Origin: Cyanophyceae cyanobacterium
GTDB taxonomy: Bacteria > Cyanobacteriota > Cyanobacteriia > Cyanobacteriales > Laspinemataceae
Length of the DNA stretch: 64,000 nucleotides
Assembly: GCA_038321985.1 (NCBI GenBank)
Contig: JBBQFN010000008.1
Location: 96,001 to 160,000 of the forward strand
Reading direction: 5' to 3'
The position numbers and the translations under genes are program-made. The first letter of the stretch is position 1. Each line of letters opens with the position of its first letter. Shown piece by piece: positions 61,272 to 64,000 of this stretch. Under the pieces are notes generated by a model. It was not told the origin of the DNA. It made no database searches and was given only the letters and a program-made list of their open reading frames with translations.

Positions 61272-62135
61272 ATGCAAAAAGTCTCATCAGTAGGAGCGTT
61301 AAGAAGCATGAAGCGAATTTCTGGATTAAAAGTTCTGCTGTACGGATTTTTAATTTTGTACGCAATTATCACCTTTATTCCCTTTGGATGGGCGATGTCT
61401 GCCTCCTTTAAACCCTTAGCAGAAATTGTAGAAGGGGGGATGAATTTTATTCCCCAGAATTTTACCCTAGAAAACTATCAAGCTATCTTTACCCGAGAGC
61501 GACTTTTTGGGCGTTGGTTGTTCAATAGTGCATTTGTAGCAGTCTGCATAACTGGGTTTAATATCGTCTTTAATTCTATGGCAGGATACGCCCTAGCCCG
61601 AATTCCCTTCCGGGGAAATCGGATTGTATTTGGAATGATTTTAGCCGTATTAATGATTCCGGGACAAATTACCTTAATTCCGACGTTTTTAATCCTGAAA
61701 TCTTTGGGATGGTTGAATACTTACCAGGGCTTAATCGTTCCGAGTATGGTTAATGCTACGTTTATTTTTATGATGCGTCAGTTCTTTGTAAATTTCCCGA
61801 AGGAACTAGAGGAAGCTGCCGCCTTGGATGGGTTGAATTCTTGGCAAACCTTTTGGAAAGTGGTCATGCCCCTAGCAAAACCGGCCCTAGCAGCCCAAGC
61901 TATTTTTATTTTTATGGGAAGCTGGAATAATTTTTTCATGCCTTTGATTGTGGTGTCCAGTCAAGATATGTTTACGTTACCTTTGGGGTTAAATACATTT
62001 AAGGGTCAATATATTAGTTATTGGAACTATATCATGGCCGCTTCAATGGTGTTTACTTTACCGGCCCTAGCCATTTATGCATTTTTCAATCGTTATTTTG
62101 TCCAGGGTGTGACTTTTACAGGCAATAAAGGGTGA
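61272..62135 (+). CDS. Carbohydrate ABC transporter permease
   Basis: EAA motif LEEAAALDG; MAGYALAR; start may be the second ATG (MKRISG). Confidence 0.93.
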   Translation: MQKVSSVGALRSMKRISGLKVLLYGFLILYAIITFIPFGWAMSASFKPLAEIVEGGMNFIPQNFTLENYQAIFTRERLFGRWLFNSAFVAVCITGFNIVFNSMAGYALARIPFRGNRIVFGMILAVLMIPGQITLIPTFLILKSLGWLNTYQGLIVPSMVNATFIFMMRQFFVNFPKELEEAAALDGLNSWQTFWKVVMPLAKPALAAQAIFIFMGSWNNFFMPLIVVSSQDMFTLPLGLNTFKGQYISYWNYIMAASMVFTLPALAIYAFFNRYFVQGVTFTGNKG

Positions 62136-62251
62136 AGGTTCGGTTAAATCTGAGGAAGGATTGTAGAGATAAAAAGTGGGGCATCTGTGCGAATGAAAGT
62201 CACGATAGCAAGTCGGGATACCGAACAATTGGGAATGATTAGTTGGGAGAT

Positions 62252-63538
62252 TTATAGTAATTTTTTAGGGGGATTAATAGGAATTATGACTGCGAATTCT
62301 GTATCCTGACCCGGTTCGGAATGCACTTCTAAATTTCCCCCATGTTTATCGACGATAACTTGATAGGAAATGGTTAAACCGAGTCCCTTTCCGGCCCCCA
62401 CATCTTTCGTGGTAAAAAACGGATTAAAAATATTCGGCAGTATCTCTTTGGGAATGCCGATGCCATTATCTAAAATTCGGATCACGGCATGGGAAGGGGT
62501 GCGATCGCCGGTTAAAGTCTCTGCTTCCGTAAGGATTTCCGTACAGATCCGAATCCGGGGCGGTGCCGGGTTGTCTTCGGGTTGATTTTTTCGGTGTTGG
62601 ACTGCATCGATCGCATTATTAAGCAGGTGAAAAAACACTTGATTGATATCGCTGGCATAGCATTCCACCCGGGGCAATTCTCCGTACTCAATCTGCGTTT
62701 CAATTCCCTCTAAACGGCCCTTTAAAATTGACAGAGTGCTATCTAAACCTTCATGAAGATCGACATCCTTAATCTGGGCTTCATCCAGGTGAGAAAAGGT
62801 CCGTAAAGATTCTACAATTTCCCGAATCCGCTTGGCCCCTCGTCTCATGGATTCGACCAGGGGAGGGAAATCCGCCATTAAAAACTCTAAATCTAATTCA
62901 TCCGCTGCTTCTTTTACTTCCGGCAGGGGATTGGGATAGGTTTTTTGAAATAATTTAACAAAATCTAGTAAGTCTCGAATATATTTTGCAGCATGATTAA
63001 GATTGCCATCAATAAAAGTAACGGGATTATTAATTTCATGGGCAATTCCCGCCACCATTTGCCCAATTGATGACATTTTTTCACTTTGAATTAGTTGGGC
63101 TTGAGTGTGTTGGAGGTCCCGCAATGTTTGACTGAGTTGTTGATTAGATTCGCTCAATTGTTGCTGGGAATGATACAATCTGAGTCCGGCCCGTACCCGT
63201 GCTAAGAGTTCGGCTGGATTGACAGGTTTGGAGAGAAAATCATCGGCCCCGGCATCAAGTCCTTGAACGCGATCGTCTAAATCAACTTTGGAAGTCAGCA
63301 AAATAAAAAAGGTTTGGGCTAAGTCCGGATCCAATTTCACCAATCGACAGACTTCAACTCCATCCAGATAAGGCATAATCCAGTCACAAATAATTAAAGC
63401 GGGATGTAACTGGGCCGCTAATTTTAACCCTTCTTCTCCATCTTTAGCAACGGTGACTTCATGACCTTCTAATTTTAGGTCTCTTTTAAGGAGCAAACGA
63501 GTAGCCGAATCATCATCTATGACTAAAATTTTATCCAT
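62252..63538 (-). CDS. Hybrid REC-histidine kinase
   Basis: N-terminal REC (ILVIDDD, ICDWIMP); QSEKMSSIGQMVAGIAHEINNP; DNGIGI, FFTTK, GKGLGL. Confidence 0.94.
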   Translation of the reverse strand: MDKILVIDDDSATRLLLKRDLKLEGHEVTVAKDGEEGLKLAAQLHPALIICDWIMPYLDGVEVCRLVKLDPDLAQTFFILLTSKVDLDDRVQGLDAGADDFLSKPVNPAELLARVRAGLRLYHSQQQLSESNQQLSQTLRDLQHTQAQLIQSEKMSSIGQMVAGIAHEINNPVTFIDGNLNHAAKYIRDLLDFVKLFQKTYPNPLPEVKEAADELDLEFLMADFPPLVESMRRGAKRIREIVESLRTFSHLDEAQIKDVDLHEGLDSTLSILKGRLEGIETQIEYGELPRVECYASDINQVFFHLLNNAIDAVQHRKNQPEDNPAPPRIRICTEILTEAETLTGDRTPSHAVIRILDNGIGIPKEILPNIFNPFFTTKDVGAGKGLGLTISYQVIVDKHGGNLEVHSEPGQDTEFAVIIPINPPKKLL

Positions 63539-63674
63539 GCGTTTAAAATGCGTGGCTCACAATTTTAAGAAGTTCATTAATTTTATAATCATAACTGAAA
63601 AACAGCAGAGAATGTCTTCTAAACCGGAGTTAGAATAGAAAGAAACATCCAGAGTCCGGGGGGAGGGTTGATAC

Positions 63675-64000
63675 TTATTCTTCTGCTTTTTTGCCGGGAC
63701 AGATTTCCAGAATTTCATCAGCCAGGGGGCGGGAGATTTCCAACTGGGGGAAACGAGGTAAAATGACGGTTAAGGTTGTGCCTCCCGGTTGTTTTTCATT
63801 TCCTACTTCACTGGTAACAAAAATTTCCCCCCCATGAATTTCTACACATTTTTTTACGATCGCCAATCCCATCCCGGTCCCCGAAATATTGCCTACATTC
63901 CGACATCGATGGAAGGGTTCAAATAGATGAGGTAGGTCTTCTGGGGGAATGCCAATCCCCTGGTCTTTGATTTGAAAGACGGCGAAATTGTGGCGATCGC
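63675..64000 (-). CDS. Histidine kinase C-terminal HATPase_c (partial, runs off the window)
   Basis: Minus-strand frame reads ...FQIKDQGIGIPPEDLPHLFEPFHR...GTGMGLAIVKKCVEIHGG. Confidence 0.88.
   Translation of the reverse strand, partial: DRHNFAVFQIKDQGIGIPPEDLPHLFEPFHRCRNVGNISGTGMGLAIVKKCVEIHGGEIFVTSEVGNEKQPGGTTLTVILPRFPQLEISRPLADEILEICPGKKAEE

Noticed and set aside
58889..62135. Sugar ABC operon lacking an ATPase gene
   Set aside because: Carbohydrate ABC systems commonly share an ATPase encoded elsewhere; ordinary.
1..64000. High density of GCGATCGC
   Set aside because: This is the well-known cyanobacterial HIP1; useful for taxonomy but not novel.

Overview
64-kb chromosomal window from a filamentous cyanobacterium, probably of the Oscillatoria acuminata/Laspinema type. 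The evidence is the very frequent HIP1 octamer GCGATCGC, a Ycf30-type LysR gene, Z-ISO, a PatA-type regulator and a PEP-CTERM-like protein; the genus is my inference. The window is dominated by signalling genes. (1) A complete minus-strand chemosensory operon, cheY-cheA-cheW-soluble MCP-PAS/HEAT-repeat protein-cheR-cheB (2.5-13.8 kb). Its order matches what I recall of the Myxococcus Che7 cluster rather than the usual cyanobacterial type IV pilus systems, and it is the most striking system here. (2) A second chemosensory cluster with no cheA: PatA-like regulator, CheR-TPR, double CheW and three membrane MCPs, one with a His/Cys-remodelled signalling tip (28.3-38.1 kb). (3) A CikA-like PAS/GAF histidine kinase, a Crp-family regulator divergent from a catalytic-domain-less ArgRS (DALR) paralog, and a Ser/Thr kinase next to an orphan PstS-like protein. 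The window also has a stand-alone IS630-derived HTH gene behind a good sigma70 promoter and a structured leader, a 140-bp nested-hairpin MITE-like element and several REP-like palindromes. The rest is envelope and housekeeping genes: slt, pepA, a GH5 with a repeat stalk, a DUF1565-SLH protein, a Gld-like ABC operon, purU, an MFS transporter, a sugar ABC system and two histidine kinases. I saw no rRNA, tRNA or CRISPR array. All family calls come from reading motifs by eye; no searches were run.
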